Part shown: piece by piece, positions 1 through 14,049 of the stretch
Position numbering within the stretch: position 1 is the first letter of the stretch
How the letters are laid out: every line of letters begins with the position of its first letter
NCBI RefSeq assembly: GCF_009914755.1
Contig: NC_060942.1
Source of the DNA: the human T2T-CHM13v2.0 reference genome, Homo sapiens
Reading direction: 5' to 3' (one strand)
Length of the DNA: 64,000 nt
Program-made: the position numbers and the translations under genes
The notes under the pieces: model-generated
What the model saw: only the letters and a program-made list of their open reading frames with translations
Databases searched by the model: none
What the model was told of the DNA's origin: nothing

Positions 1-536
1 CACTTACAGAAGTTTTAATTTTTGTATGTTGGGGTTGTTTTTACTAAAGAATACTTTCAATCCCCTATCCTGTTGAGATGTTTTAGATATTAACAATTAA
101 AAAAAAAAATGAGCATGTCAATGTTTAGGGCTTCAAATCCAGAACTGTATGTGCTTATACAGACACTAAGCAGAAAATAATTCCTTCTATTTCTGTATTT
201 TAATTGAGGAGTAGATATAATTGCAAAATTAAAGAACATAAATAGTGCATAATTCCACCACCCTAACATCAAAATTATTTTTCCTTTTGCTGTAATATCT
301 TATAATTCTTATCCCAAGCATCATGTTTTCACAGAATTACTCATCTGTGTATAAAGAATTGTCATAATGTACGTACTGTTTGAAATTCTTTGCGCCTGAT
401 CATTTTATGTATTTTAAAAAGAAAGTAAAAAGCTAACCAGTGTGACTAGGGACACATTCAAATAGAGTAGTTTATCTAAGTAATGATCAATTCATTTAAT
501 AGTTAAAGACACCATTAGTTTAGTTCTCTCTCTCTC

Positions 537-842
537 TTTTTTTTTTTTTTTTTTTTTTGAGACAGAGTTTCGCTCTTGTTGCCCAGTCTGGAGTGCAATG
601 GTGTGATCTTGGCTCACGGCAACCTCCGCCTCCCGGGTTCAAACGATTCTCGTGCCTCAGCCTCCTGAGTAGCTGGGATTATAGCCATGTGCCACCACAC
701 CCGGCTAATTTTTGTATTTTTTTAGTAGAGACAGGGTTTCACCATGTTAGTCAGGCTTGTGTCAAACTCCTGACCTCCGGTGATCTGCAGCCTGGGCCTC
801 CCAAAGTGCCGGGATTACAAGCATGAGCTACCATGCCTGGCC
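537..842 (-). mobile_element. Alu (AluS-type), antisense
   Basis: Poly-T followed by reverse-complement Alu; flanking tagttctct on both sides (TSD). Confidence 0.95.
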
Positions 843-1249
843 TAGTTCTCTTTTTTATAGTAACTGTAATTACCATCTAGTGCCCAAGTAAATGTTTTTA
901 AATAATTAATTCTGAGTCTTAACTGTCAGTGAACTTTTCACTGCCACCATTTTAAAACTGTTTCTCTCCCTTCCCATTTGTCCATGGCTGTGTTTTCATG
1001 ATGACAGCTGGAGTTGGGAAATATTTTAATATTAAGTGTAAAAATACAAATTTGAAAATAAAACTATGATATGCCATTGACTTCGTGTGTTTTTATGTTC
1101 AATATAACACATATTCTCCCTGAACTTGGCATAGGTCTATAGACCCTTTAGGAAAGTAAATTTGGAGCTAGACTGTTTTTTTAGACTTTAGAGATGATAC
1201 AGACTATGTAACTATGTCCTTCCTTCTTTTTAAAAGTTTAATTTAACCT

Positions 1250-1505
1250 AAAGATAGGGTCTCATGCTGTCACCCAGGTTGGAGTGCAGTGATGAGATCA
1301 TAGCTCACTTGTAAACCTCGAACTCCTCTACTCCAGCAGTCCTCCCACTGTACCCTTTTGAGTAGCTGGGACTATAGGTGCATGCCACCATGAGCAACTA
1401 ATTTTTTATGTTTTGTAGAAATGGAGTCTCGCTTTGTTGCCCAGGCTGATCTCGAACTCTTGGGCACAAGTGATCCTCCCATAGGCGTGAGCCACTGTGC
1501 TCTGC
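1250..1505 (-). mobile_element. Old Alu (AluJ-like), diverged with an internal deletion
   Basis: gtcacccaggttggagtgcagtg...ggcgtgagccactgtgc. Confidence 0.85.
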
Positions 1506-1710
1506 CTCTTCCTTACTTTTTCTTTATTTCTTCTCCCTATCACAATTCATCTTGCTTCTAGAGAAAAGCGAATCCACACATTCTTTCGATTTATGCCCTT
1601 GGTACTTTGGTATTTTATTTGAGGTTTTATTTATTCTTTGTAATCAATTTGAGTTTAGAACCACATTTGAGGACAAATTCAACCAATTACTTTTATGTTC
1701 TTGCATTTAG

Positions 1711-1806
1711 GAACCGCTTAGAAAATGTGCCTGAGTGGGTATGTGAAAGCCGAAAGCTAGAAGTTTTGGATATTGGCCATAATCAAATATGTGAACTTCC
1801 TGCCCG
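1711..1806 (+). CDS. PHLPP1: PHLPP1 coding exon (probably exon 9), 96 nt, LRR: (R)NRLENVPEWVCESRKLEVLDIGHNQICELPA(R)
   Basis: Acceptor ttgcatttAG at 1709-1710, donor GTgagt at 1807; phase 2-2; LxxLxLxxN motif. Confidence 0.95.
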
Positions 1807-2505
1807 GTGAGTATTACAGATCAAATGAGAGGATCTCACAATAAATGAGCAATTTTAAAAATTGCTGATTCAGTGTTTAACTTGGTATCATAAGCCTAAA
1901 AGAGTTTGCTTTAAAAACTAATATGGTGTCTTTTACCCCATGTGGTGTCTTCAAGTTACACACTTGCTTCATGCAGTGCAGTGAGGAGTAGAGTGAGGCT
2001 TTGACTGTCAGCCAGACTTTTCAAAACCATGCAGGCAGTGGTGCTTGGTGGAAATTTTTAAGTAAGCCAAAAACAATCTTTGAAGCAAACAATATGATTG
2101 GCTCACTTCTGGAATCTTAAGTCTTTCAGAATCTTCCACCTCTGTTCATTGACTTAACATGTCTACTTTAACCATAAATACCTTTTGTTCTCCCTAGACT
2201 TTAACTTTGACGGGGGAAAAAGATGGTTAGGTCATGAAACCTAGAAAGAGCAAACTAGATTCTCTTTTTCTTGTTGTGAAATTTGGGAGTAGAAGGTTCA
2301 AGAACTTCTCTTTCCTTCTCTCTCTTAAATATGTTCTTATTTTTATTTTATAATTTTCACTTCAATGGCAGGATTTGCAAAACAGCCACGCGATGACTTC
2401 TATTGTCTGTAAATACAGACAGATATTTTCAAGTTGACTAATCATGGTCCAAAATATTAGTGGACTATTAGTGACTAGCCATGCAGTTAGTAACCAAGAG
2501 TCTAT

Positions 2506-2690
2506 CCAGTGCTGTCCTGTAGAACTTTCTGTGATGATTGAAGTGCTCTGCATCTGTGCTGGCCAGTATGGTATCCACTGGCCGTCTGTGGCTATTGAGC
2601 ACTTGCAATGTGGCTAATGTGACTGAGGAACTGAATTTTGTGTATCCATTAATTCCAATTAACAAATTCATATAGTTACTTGTGGCTGCC
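2506..2690. mobile_element. MER3-like hAT-Charlie DNA transposon fossil
   Basis: cagtgctgtcctgtagaactttctgtgatga...gtggctattgagcacttg...gactgaggaactgaatttt resembles the recalled MER3 consensus. Confidence 0.75.
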
Positions 2691-2924
2691 TCAACCCAGG
2701 TCTTATTATTTCCACCATTCTCAGCCAGTCACTGAACAGAGGAAGTCAGTTATTTTTAGCTATGTGTAGTCAGAAACATCAGTGAAAATATTATAGAAGT
2801 ATGTCACCATTTTGGAGTAAACTTTTACTTTAGTGCACAATCTTTAAAGGTATGTGATCACCATTCCTGTTTCCTTACCCAGAAGATATACTTGCTTGGT
2901 AAGCCTAGTAAACATGTTAGAGTT

Positions 2925-3205
2925 GAGCTGTCCAGTATGGTAGCCCCCAGCCAGCCATTAGCCAAGTGACTGTTGAGCACCTGAAATGTGACTAGTCCTA
3001 ATTGAGAAGTGCTATAAGTGTAAAATGTACATGGAATATAAAATATTAATAATAGTGTACATTAATTACATGTTAATATTTGTGGTATATTCTGGGTTAA
3101 ATGAAATAATACTCTGAGAATTCATTTACTTGTTCTTTTATTCTTTCTTTTAATATGGCTACTAGATAATTTAAAATTACATGTGGCTTATATTTGATAA
3201 CACTG
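2925..3205. mobile_element. MER33-like hAT DNA transposon fossil
   Basis: gctgtccagtatggtagcc...ttgagcacctgaaatgtgactagtcctaattgag...tttaaaattacatgtggct. Confidence 0.7.
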
Positions 3206-3403
3206 TGTTAGAATGTAGCTCTTATTAAAGAAATCTGAGTTATATTTTCATCCCTGAAAAGCTCTGTTAATTTCATTATGTTCTGCAGCAATACATTTTA
3301 CCTGTAAATACGATCCATTTGAAAGTGCTTTCTGCCCTAGAATATTATGTTGACTGAGCATTCAAGTGACCCATTGCAGCCATCACCATTAACAAGAGGG
3401 TGG

Positions 3404-3429
3404 GTGTGTGTGTGTGTGTGTGTGTGTGT
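3404..3429. repeat. (GT)n microsatellite
   Basis: Directly visible. Confidence 0.95.
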
Positions 3430-3451
3430 CCATGCATGACCCTTTTAGTAG

Positions 3452-3848
<397 letters not shown>

Positions 3849-3947
3849 CTTTTCTATTTTCTCTGTTCTCTTTCCCACCTCCACCCCTCAATCCCACAGA
3901 TAGCACATTGGCATCCAAGTTCTCTGTTTTGCTGAAGGCTACAAAGA

Positions 3948-4030
3948 TATATTTTATATATTTTTTATATTTGTATATATTATACATTAACATATTATAT
4001 ATTTATATATTATATATTTATATATATAAA
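3948..4030. repeat. AT-rich low-complexity / degenerate (TA)n tract
   Basis: Directly visible. Confidence 0.85.
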
Positions 4031-4190
4031 CAAACAAATTCAAGATAACTGACATTTTATCCAATTTTCCTCCCAAATTTGTTGATCTTTAATTTGTTCT
4101 GTATCAGAACAGGCTTTTTGAGAATCTAAACAAATGCTTATTCAATGCAAATCCCAAATGCTCTATTGTTAAAGAATTTAAACAGTATTC

Positions 4191-4192
<2 letters not shown>

Positions 4193-4243
<51 letters not shown>
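4193..4243. repeat. (TG)~25 microsatellite
   Basis: Directly visible, perfect repeat. Confidence 0.97.
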
Positions 4244-4245
<2 letters not shown>

Positions 4246-4341
4246 AACATGTGGGACAAAAAGAGTATGCATTGTTTTTCTGTTTATAGTGTTGTTCAAT
4301 TGCAAACTCTGTGTGAGCCCTGTTGTTGATGTAATAGGCAA

Positions 4342-4648
4342 GGCTGGGCACCGTGGCTCTTGCCTGTAGTCTCAGCACGCTGGGAGGCCAAGGCAGGAAG
4401 ATTGCTTGAGCCCAGGAGTTCAAGACCAGCCTGGGCAACACTGCAAGAACCTATCTCTGCAAAAAATAAAATTAGCTAGATATGGTGGCGTGTGCCTGTA
4501 GTCCCAGCTACTTGGAAGGCTTGAGGCAGGAGGATTGCTTGAGCCTAGGAGGTTGAGGTTACAGTGACCTATGATTGCATCACTGCACTCCAGCCTGGGC
4601 AACGGAGCTGAGACCCTGCCTCTTAAAAAGAAAAAGAAAAAAAAAAAT
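4342..4648 (+). mobile_element. AluJ-type, sense
   Basis: ggattgcttgagcccaggag J-type diagnostics; A-rich tail. Confidence 0.92.
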
Positions 4649-4730
4649 TCAGGCAAGGCAATGATTCATTAAAATTGATTTAATACTCATACTTTGTCTA
4701 TCCAAGTAAGGTATATAAAGAGTTTGACAG

Positions 4731-5051
<321 letters not shown>

Positions 5052-5232
5052 TTATTAGAGGCGGAAATGTATTGAAAAGGAAAGAAAGTATTTTAATGTT
5101 TAGACAGTACCCAAAAGAATTGAACTAAACCCAATAATTAGCATTCAGTATTCGTCCTATAGTTGATCTTTTTTATTTGGAAAAATAAAGATAAAAGATT
5201 TTATCACCTTTTAGTTATTTATGTGGTAAAGG

Positions 5233-5236
<4 letters not shown>

Positions 5237-5266
<30 letters not shown>
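5237..5266. repeat. (AT)n microsatellite
   Basis: Directly visible. Confidence 0.95.
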
Positions 5267-5270
<4 letters not shown>

Positions 5271-5539
5271 AACCACATGCTGAGCTAATAGGCTGGAGTG
5301 ACCATTACAGAGACTGCCCTGTGGTAATGGTAACTGCATAGATAATCTGGCCTGGATAATCTGTCTTGTCACACTGATAGCTAAACCTGCCAACTCAGGG
5401 ATCTTTAATTGGGGCCTGTGGTGTCACAGGGTTGAGACAGGTTGCTAGCATCTTTGTGAGCAAAGAAACTCCATTTGCTATTTAAAGTGAATAAAGTTAT
5501 TCCCTAATGTTATGGAGATTTTTAACTCTTGTGGATTGA

Positions 5540-5815
5540 AGGATACAAAATTTGGATTAGACAGGAAGAGTAAGTTCAAGAGACCTATTGCGCAGCATTG
5601 TAACTACAGTTAATAACAATGTCTTGTATTCTTGAAAATAGCTAAGGGAGTAGATATAAATGTTCTCATCACAAAAAAAAAAAGATAAATATGTGAGGTA
5701 ATGCATATGATAATTAGCTTGATTTAGCCATCCCACAATGTATACGTATATTAAAACATGTTTTACACCATAAATATATGCTAATTTGTGTTAATTAAAA
5801 ATTAACTTTAAAAAA
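5540..5815 (+). mobile_element. L1MA-type 3' end fragment
   Basis: ttagacaggaagagtaagttcaagagacctattg...aattagcttgatttagccatcccacaatgtatac is typical of L1MA 3' UTRs. Confidence 0.8.
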
Positions 5816-6777
5816 TTGTGGGCATTTGTGAGTGAGATCAGAATGGTGGAAAACAGGAGGTGGATGAGGAAGCCTCATTCTTTGACAGCAGATTAATAAA
5901 TTAATTTATTAATTAGGCAGATTGATAAATTAATTCTTGATCTAAAGTGATCAGGATGCAAATTGTAACCTCACTTTTCCCCACCCCCCAGATGTCTGTT
6001 TAAACCCAGGGCCTGTTTTCTCTGTAATGTTGGAGAAGTCTGAAGTGGTCATAATGTAGATTTACATTAGATTAACAAGTATTCATCATCTCTGACAGTT
6101 CTGGTGACCTTTACAAGAAACACAGCCAAGCTTCCAAACAGCTCTTTAAGTCTCTCAAGAAAACAGTGGATTAAGTACATGCTGCTCTTTCGGGAGACAG
6201 TCTCTACCTTGGTCTAGGATTAAGCTAGAAAAAACAGACATACAGCCAGGGAAGTGAGGCAAAGAAGAAATAATTAGGATTGTGAAATAAATGCAACTGA
6301 GGAAAAACATAACATTTTCTCAGTGGACATTTGTAAAAGTTTGATTGAAGAACCCTTTATTTAATGCAGATCCTGTAGGTAAAGACTGCTCAGTTGTGTT
6401 TACTCAGAATCTCTTATGGGTAAAGCACCCAGCATTCTGGGACAATACAAGATACAAGCCCTACTCTGGAGAAGCATGCAGCCTTTGAAAGCTTGCCTTG
6501 TGACCCTAACAAGATTAGACTGATCTCTTCAGTGTGTACATCTATAGAACTTGTTTTTTGCTATGTAGAGCTTCTTTGCTCAATATTTGTTTACATAGTT
6601 TTTTCCTTCCTCCTTTTTTTGAGTATATAGAAAGTATTGAAACAAATAGTTTCAAGTTTGAATTTATATTAAAATGAATTTGTAGTTGCTCCAAGTGAAT
6701 TTGTGATTTTTGGAGAGGTAATTTTAAGTATTCTTTACTCTTTTTCATTTTTTGGTCTTTTGTCCCTTTTTATACAG

Positions 6778-6933
6778 CTTATTTTGTAATAGCAGTCTCC
6801 GGAAACTACTGGCAGGACACAACCAGTTGGCAAGGCTGCCTGAAAGGCTAGAAAGAACCTCGGTGGAGGTCTTGGATGTGCAACACAACCAGCTCCTTGA
6901 GCTCCCACCTAACCTTCTGATGAAGGCTGACAG
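6778..6933 (+). CDS. PHLPP1: PHLPP1 coding exon (probably exon 10), 156 nt, LRR: LFCNSSLRKLLAGHNQLARLPERLERTSVEVLDVQHNQLLELPPNLLMKAD(S)
   Basis: Long polypyrimidine tract plus cAG at 6776-6777, donor GTaaag at 6934; phase 2-2. Confidence 0.95.
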
Positions 6934-7277
6934 GTAAAGCCATTTGTCTTGTTTATCATCTGAGTCTATAAATATTCCCTCATTTGTATCTTTGTCTTTC
7001 GTGACCTGAGACTGTATAAACTTTCTGAGTATGTATCTGTCCCAGATTTGTGAAGGAAATAGTTTTGCCAGCCACTTTACTGACCATTTTGTAGGCGATG
7101 GAGTCAGGAGCAACCTATAGATTCTTTATTAACTTTGCTGCTCTCTGGAGCAAAGTAGGTTACATTGTCCATAAACATGTGTCATGGGGATGTAGGTGTA
7201 AAACAAGGATGAGAAGTGTGCTGCTCTGTTACTACCTGGTCACATCCCATGCCAGGCTTAGCTTAATTATCTTATGA

Positions 7278-7680
<403 letters not shown>

Positions 7681-8289
7681 TTATTGTTTTTTAAACAGTC
7701 CTTCTTATCTTTATCATAATTAATTCCATATTCAATTCAATTATTTTGTTTTGAACAAACAAAATTTTCCTAAATTACTTGTATCATACACTAAGCATTT
7801 GAAGTTGTTTTGAATGGGAGGGAGAGGTTAATTTCAACATTAAATGAAGCTCTGTTATTTTGTTGTGATAAGTTGCCACATACAGAATTTTCTTTAAAGA
7901 AAGCTTTAAGTAACAGTGGCTGTTAACTTACTTTGGAGCATCTTGTTTGCTTCAGAACCCATGTGCATCATTCTCAAGTGTTTCATAACCTGAGTTATTT
8001 TGACTTCTGCTCCCATGTTTATTTTTAGGGAGTGACCATTACTTTAGAGACAATATGAAGGATCTAACTTTTAGTGTATCTCATAATGAAGACAAAAACG
8101 TTAAATTTAATTTTGCTTCTAGAAGTGCAGAGAAGAGAAGGAAATGATGACAGATCTTTTTACCTTACAAAATAAATGTTAGCTATGTTTCAGCATGTGT
8201 CATATTATGTGGGTGAAATGGCCGTCTGCGATCTCTGTCTCTCCTAAGCCGAATTAGATTTCCCACTGCATGTTCCTAACTCCCTGAGC

Positions 8290-8475
8290 TTACTCCTGCT
8301 GTAATACTCATCACACACTGTATTGTAATTTCTTGTTCACTTGTCTCTCTCCATTATTAGATTACTAACACCATGTGGCCAGTGACTGTGTCTTAATTAT
8401 AGTTTTATCATCAACATCTTACACTGTGTCTGGAATAAAGGAAAGTGCTCAAAAAATATTTGTGTAATAAATGAT
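8290..8475 (+). mobile_element. L2 3' end fragment
   Basis: ctcatcacacactgtattgtaat...gactgtgtctta...gtgctcaaaaaatatttgtgtaataaatga. Confidence 0.65.
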
Positions 8476-8922
8476 AGAGAATTTAAGGAATTTCAAATAC
8501 TACCTTCATTCCTGGCTTTATATTTTTTTCTTCCTCATCTTTTCCATAAATCTTTAATAAGAGTAAAAAAATCTTACTACAAAAATATGACTTACATTCA
8601 GTAAAGTGTCCAACTTTTAAGCCTACTGCTCAATGAATTTTTACATATTTATAGAAATGGTTGCAAGGACCACCTTACCCAGAACAAGATATAGAACATT
8701 TCTAGCACTCTTCTTTTTCCTTTCGTTCTGTTTTCCTCACTTAAAAAGAAAATTATTTTCAGTGTACTCATGTAAGTTATAACGAATTCCAACTGGAATA
8801 ATTATAAAGAAACAATAGAACTATGAGAAAATGGGATTGTCATATTGTAATTGGCCAGTACTGTGTCATCCTCCTGGTAAAAAGTGAAATGTTTCAAGAT
8901 CATTGAAAGAATTCTTGTTTTT

Positions 8923-9262
<340 letters not shown>

Positions 9263-11358
9263 TAATATCAAAGCACAGTGTGCAGAGACAGATCACTTTA
9301 GACATATGCTTTTTGGTTGTGAATACTATAAAATTTGATTTCTTCTCCTATGGAGAATTATAAGTTATATCATAATGAGAATCCACTTGTTCCCCTAGAG
9401 TTCTACGCTGAATCTGTAGAACCAAATAAAGGAATGGATTTAGGTTTTAGGAGCCTGAATGAAATAAAAACCATTTCTGAATCTGGCCAATTCTGGTAAG
9501 TTCACAACTATTAGAGGTTATCAGTGCTAGAATTTCCAATAGATAATAATCATTCTTTATTCATTCCTGAGAATTTGATTTTACAAGGACGTTTCTGTAT
9601 TTCATTCTCTGGAGACTGTATTTTCATGTTTAGATGTGTTTGGACAAGGATTTAAGTAAGAACAGTTGTAGTTTTAGGGGATTGTGGTGACTCCCAGGAT
9701 TGAGAACCACTGCCTTCATTGTTGGCTTTGTAATTCTGTGCAGGTCATTCTAAACCTGGGTTTTCTCATTTTGCTTATTTGTGCAATTCCCAAACGGTAC
9801 CTGTATGTTGGAAAAGGAAGGATTGTGTGAACTGGAACGTGAATGTGAACTGAACAAAGATGTGAACTGAGCCAGTGGAAGGACACTGCTATCATAAGCT
9901 AGGCCAGCAGTGTTAGCTAAAGGCATTTAGGCAGAAATCCCCATACAAATAGACTGACCTGTCTACAGCCAGCTGCATTTTTGAAAACAGGGACCGTGGG
10001 GGACAATTTGCCAGCCTTTGGAGGCTGCGAGGGGAGGACAGGGCGGGATAAATGCATTTCTGGCACAGGAGAGTTCTGGAGTAAAGGGTTGGGGGAATGA
10101 GAAGGGGCAAATATCTTTGTTTTATTTTATGAGAGTAAAACAAATGACCAAAAAATGGGAGAAATAAGAAACTTTTTCAAGAAGACATACTCCTGCACCT
10201 TTGTTTTCCAAGCTGTAATTGCTACATCTCCAGCATAGCATAGCAACTGATATAGTAGAATCAGAGAGAAAAGTTAAGATTGTTAATTATCTTGGGCAGA
10301 CAGGATTATGTGAAGGGGGTGGGATAAATTTGATTAGCTGTTTTTTTAAACCTATTTTTGTATTAGTTCACTTGTTAGAAGATAAGAAAAATCATATTTT
10401 CTAATGATTTCCACCAAATTATTGCCTTTAAAGGTTAATACTTAGCCTCTTTGCACAACCTCAATAATGGAAATTTTTACCTACCTATTTTTAAAAATTT
10501 TATTACTTTTTTTTATTGAGGCATAATTTAAACTCAGGAAAATTGACAAATATCGTGTATTTGGTTTGATGAGTTTGAGGGGGAAATGAATAAACTAGTA
10601 CTGACAGTTGTTGAAGTAGGCCAACCCGGAAAACATGAAATTTAAAATATTAAAGACAGTTTTTAGGAAAGATTCTTTGTGACTGGCTTCTTGCAGGTGG
10701 TTTCAGTTGTGATTTGTTTTTGTTCACATGGTTCAATGTAGCAGACATCTCAATGAGTTTAAATCACTGTGCTGGATGCATAGGACATTGAGAAATGACT
10801 AAACATAGGAATTATCCTCAAGAAGCTTACAATCGAATGAAGAGTTTAAACTAACTGCACAATAAACTATAGTGAAAGGTAGGTTTAAGAAGGTAGAATA
10901 GACGGAAAATTACACGGTTGGTCTAGTATAATTTAGGCTCATGGTATAATGAGCAACATTTTGTTGTTGGATGATACAAAGCTGTGTGTTTGGCAAATAG
11001 CTGCAGGCATTGGTGAGACTTTGCTTCAGTTGCCCTTCCATTCAGTTTGCTACTTAATACAAATCTTAAAAATATGGAAATTCCTTTTTTATATTTTTTT
11101 GTGATAATAAATTATGGTTACAGTTCTGTGTTTCGTTATATAACTGAGGAAAGGGCTTTATATGTTTCAGTGGTTCGTGTTCTGAAGTAGAACTTGCACT
11201 ACCAAGTGTCAAGAGAAATATCAGAGAAGCATGTGTTGTTGGACACAGAGCAGAAGACCATATTTTGACTCATGAGAGTTTTCCTTTGCTCTGAATTTTG
11301 CCTGCTAAAGCCAGTCTCATAGTTTTAATTACGTGATACTGTCTGTTAAGTATTACAG

Positions 11359-11659
11359 GGCCAGACACAGTGGCTGACACCTATAATCCCAGAACTTTGG
11401 GAGGCCAACACGGGAGGATTGCTTGAGCCTAGGAGTTTGAGACCAGCCTGGGCAACATGGCAAGACCCTGTCACTACAAATTGGAAAAAAAAAAAAAAAA
11501 AAAAAGTCAGGTGTGGTGGCACACACCTCTGGACTTGGAAGGCTGAGGTGGGAGGATCCCTTGAGCCTAGGAGTTCGAGGCTGCCGTGAGCTCTGATCAC
11601 GCCACCTACACTCCAGCCTGGGTTACAGAGTGTGACCGTGTCTCAAAAAATGAAAAAAA
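11359..11659 (+). mobile_element. AluJ-type, sense
   Basis: J diagnostics, expanded mid-A tract, flanking gtattaca on both sides. Confidence 0.92.
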
Positions 11660-12567
11660 GGTATTACAACTTTAGAATAGTATATATTAATCTGCTATAC
11701 CTGGTAGCAGGAAGCTATTTGGTAACCAAATAACAAACAGGGGAATCTATGTTACATTAGACAACTTTTAGTTATCTTCATCTTCCTCTAAATACTTGAG
11801 GAAGATATTCTAATCTAGATCATGGGCCTAGATTTCTCATTTACCTGTCTTTTTAATTAGAGTTGAGGATTTTCCTGATGGAAACCCCAAAAGAGTTTCA
11901 GATAATTAGTTGTCATCAACAGATGGGTGCAAGGAGGGTAGACATTCTCCATGGGTCACCGGAGTGGATGAGACATTGCCAGAGGGATTGCCATCCTTCT
12001 GTTTCTTCCTGAAATCTTGGCATTGGCTGACTCCCTGTCCATCTAGCATCTGCATGCACATTTGATGGCCAGACCGCTTTTCCTATTAAAGTCAGCCTAA
12101 TTAACAAAGCCGAAAATGGACCCTTTAAAGGGGAGTTATAGGTCCCTGCTCTGGGAGGGCAGCCAGGTCTGTTTTTATTCCTGGGTGGACTAGTACAAGG
12201 TATTTTCAGGGGCAGAAGTTGGGGAAGTGTATGTTCAAATGAGCTTTGTGGTAATTGCTCATGTGTGCTTATTAAATATTCCCAGAGTATTAGTCACATT
12301 ACAGGCCATAAGTTTCAGTGACTCAGAATATGTGTAAATATCAAAGGGACTAAAAGGGAACAGAAAATTTAGAAGAGCATGATCGATTGACCATGACAAC
12401 TGGTGCCTTTTGGCAAAGACAGATATTTCTGGCATTTTAAAAATCTGAGTTGTAGGCAACTATTTTTTTCAGTGACGAGGGCTATCTTTTGACATTCTGA
12501 TGTATCGTGAAGTTCTGATGTTTTGAGAGTGAAGTTCTGATGTTTTCAGAGTCACAGTGGACTAAGA

Positions 12568-12740
12568 TAGTGTTTCTCAAAGTGTTTTCAGAATTTCCTA
12601 GAGTACTTACCAAACATGCAGATTCTTGGCTCTTATCTCAGGTCTTCTCCCTTCGATTTTAGAGGGATAGTCTGGGAACTGTATGTTTATCAAGGCTCCC
12701 CCAGTGACTCCAGTGCAGATGGTCTGCTGAACACACTGAA
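12568..12740. mobile_element. MER5-like DNA transposon fossil
   Basis: agtgtttctcaaagtg...catgcagattcttgg...ctcccccagtgactc. Confidence 0.6.
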
Positions 12741-14049
12741 AGCTTAAGGTGACCCAGGTACTACTGCTGAAACAAATAGATTTTTATAAAAGAAGGATTT
12801 TAATGGAAAAACTGAATGTGTCTAGAGATATTTCTAGATAACATATACATCCCCTCTCTGCTTTTTAAAGTGTTGTGTTCCTCAAATATTTTAAGGTATA
12901 GTTCTTAACCAGGGTTATTACATCAAAATCAACTGACAATTTTTTCAAAACTAGAGAATCAGTCAATGATGTTTAGAATACTATGAAGGGGAAGAGAATT
13001 TTCATTCTTTTCTCTCCCCTATTTCTCCCAAAAAAATCTACCTCAGTCCTGGAGAACGGAGTTGGGTGGGGGCATTGGAAAGTGGCCGATTATGTAATCT
13101 TAGCAAGGTTGGAGTTCTGGTGGCAAACTCCATTTTTCTTAACCAGAACAAACCAGAAAGGTTTAGCCAGAAGCTTCCAAGTATTCCTGTGTTCAGCTGT
13201 GAACATTGCTCTGAGATTGAAAAGATGCCCTTCGTAGATTATCAGAAGAGTTCTGCCTGTACTCTGAGAGACTGCTTTGGTCATCTTTGCCCCTGTTTCT
13301 CTGATGCTCCTAAAATGGATGAGATGGGCGAGTCCACCCTGCCAGTGAGGGGTGTGTGTATCCCCAGAAACCATGAAAATGCATTAGGACAGGGGTTTTT
13401 GCACCACGATGATTCTCAACTCTGCCAGCCATCAGAATTCTGCTATATAGATTTTGAGGCCCTACCCTGACCTACTTAACAAGAATATCTTCGAGTTGAA
13501 GTTGAGAATTCTGCACTAAGGAAAGCTCCCTAGAGAATTAGGAAGTGCAGCCAGATTGCACCCTACTGAGCTAGAGCGTCTTCTGTGAGAAATGTTGTTC
13601 CTTTAGCAGCTCCAAAGTGTGATAGCCCCCATCTTAATTCAGTGAGAGGATAATTTATAAATAAAAAGAGAAATAAGCATCAATTCCCAGCAATTACACT
13701 TTGACTGTATCCATGCTATACCCTAAGGTTTTGTGTCAAGCGACGGCAGATTCAGAAAAACTGGGGAAGAGAGAAGAGGAAAGCTGGTAGTGGGGCTTTA
13801 GGTGGGTCTACCACTACCACCTAAGTTTAGGTATAAGTAAGTGCAACTTGAAGGGATAGCAAGCCAGAAATACAGTAATTGAAGGAAAATTGGCAATTGG
13901 ATTGGTAAAGAGGAAGCGAAGCAAATGGGGAAAACTAAAGGTTCTACAAGACAAGTGAACCAGAACATCAGAGGACACACAGCCCTTCCCTACTCAGTCC
14001 AAACAAAGAGATCCCTTAATGTATCTTCACTTATCTGTGCTGATAGAAG

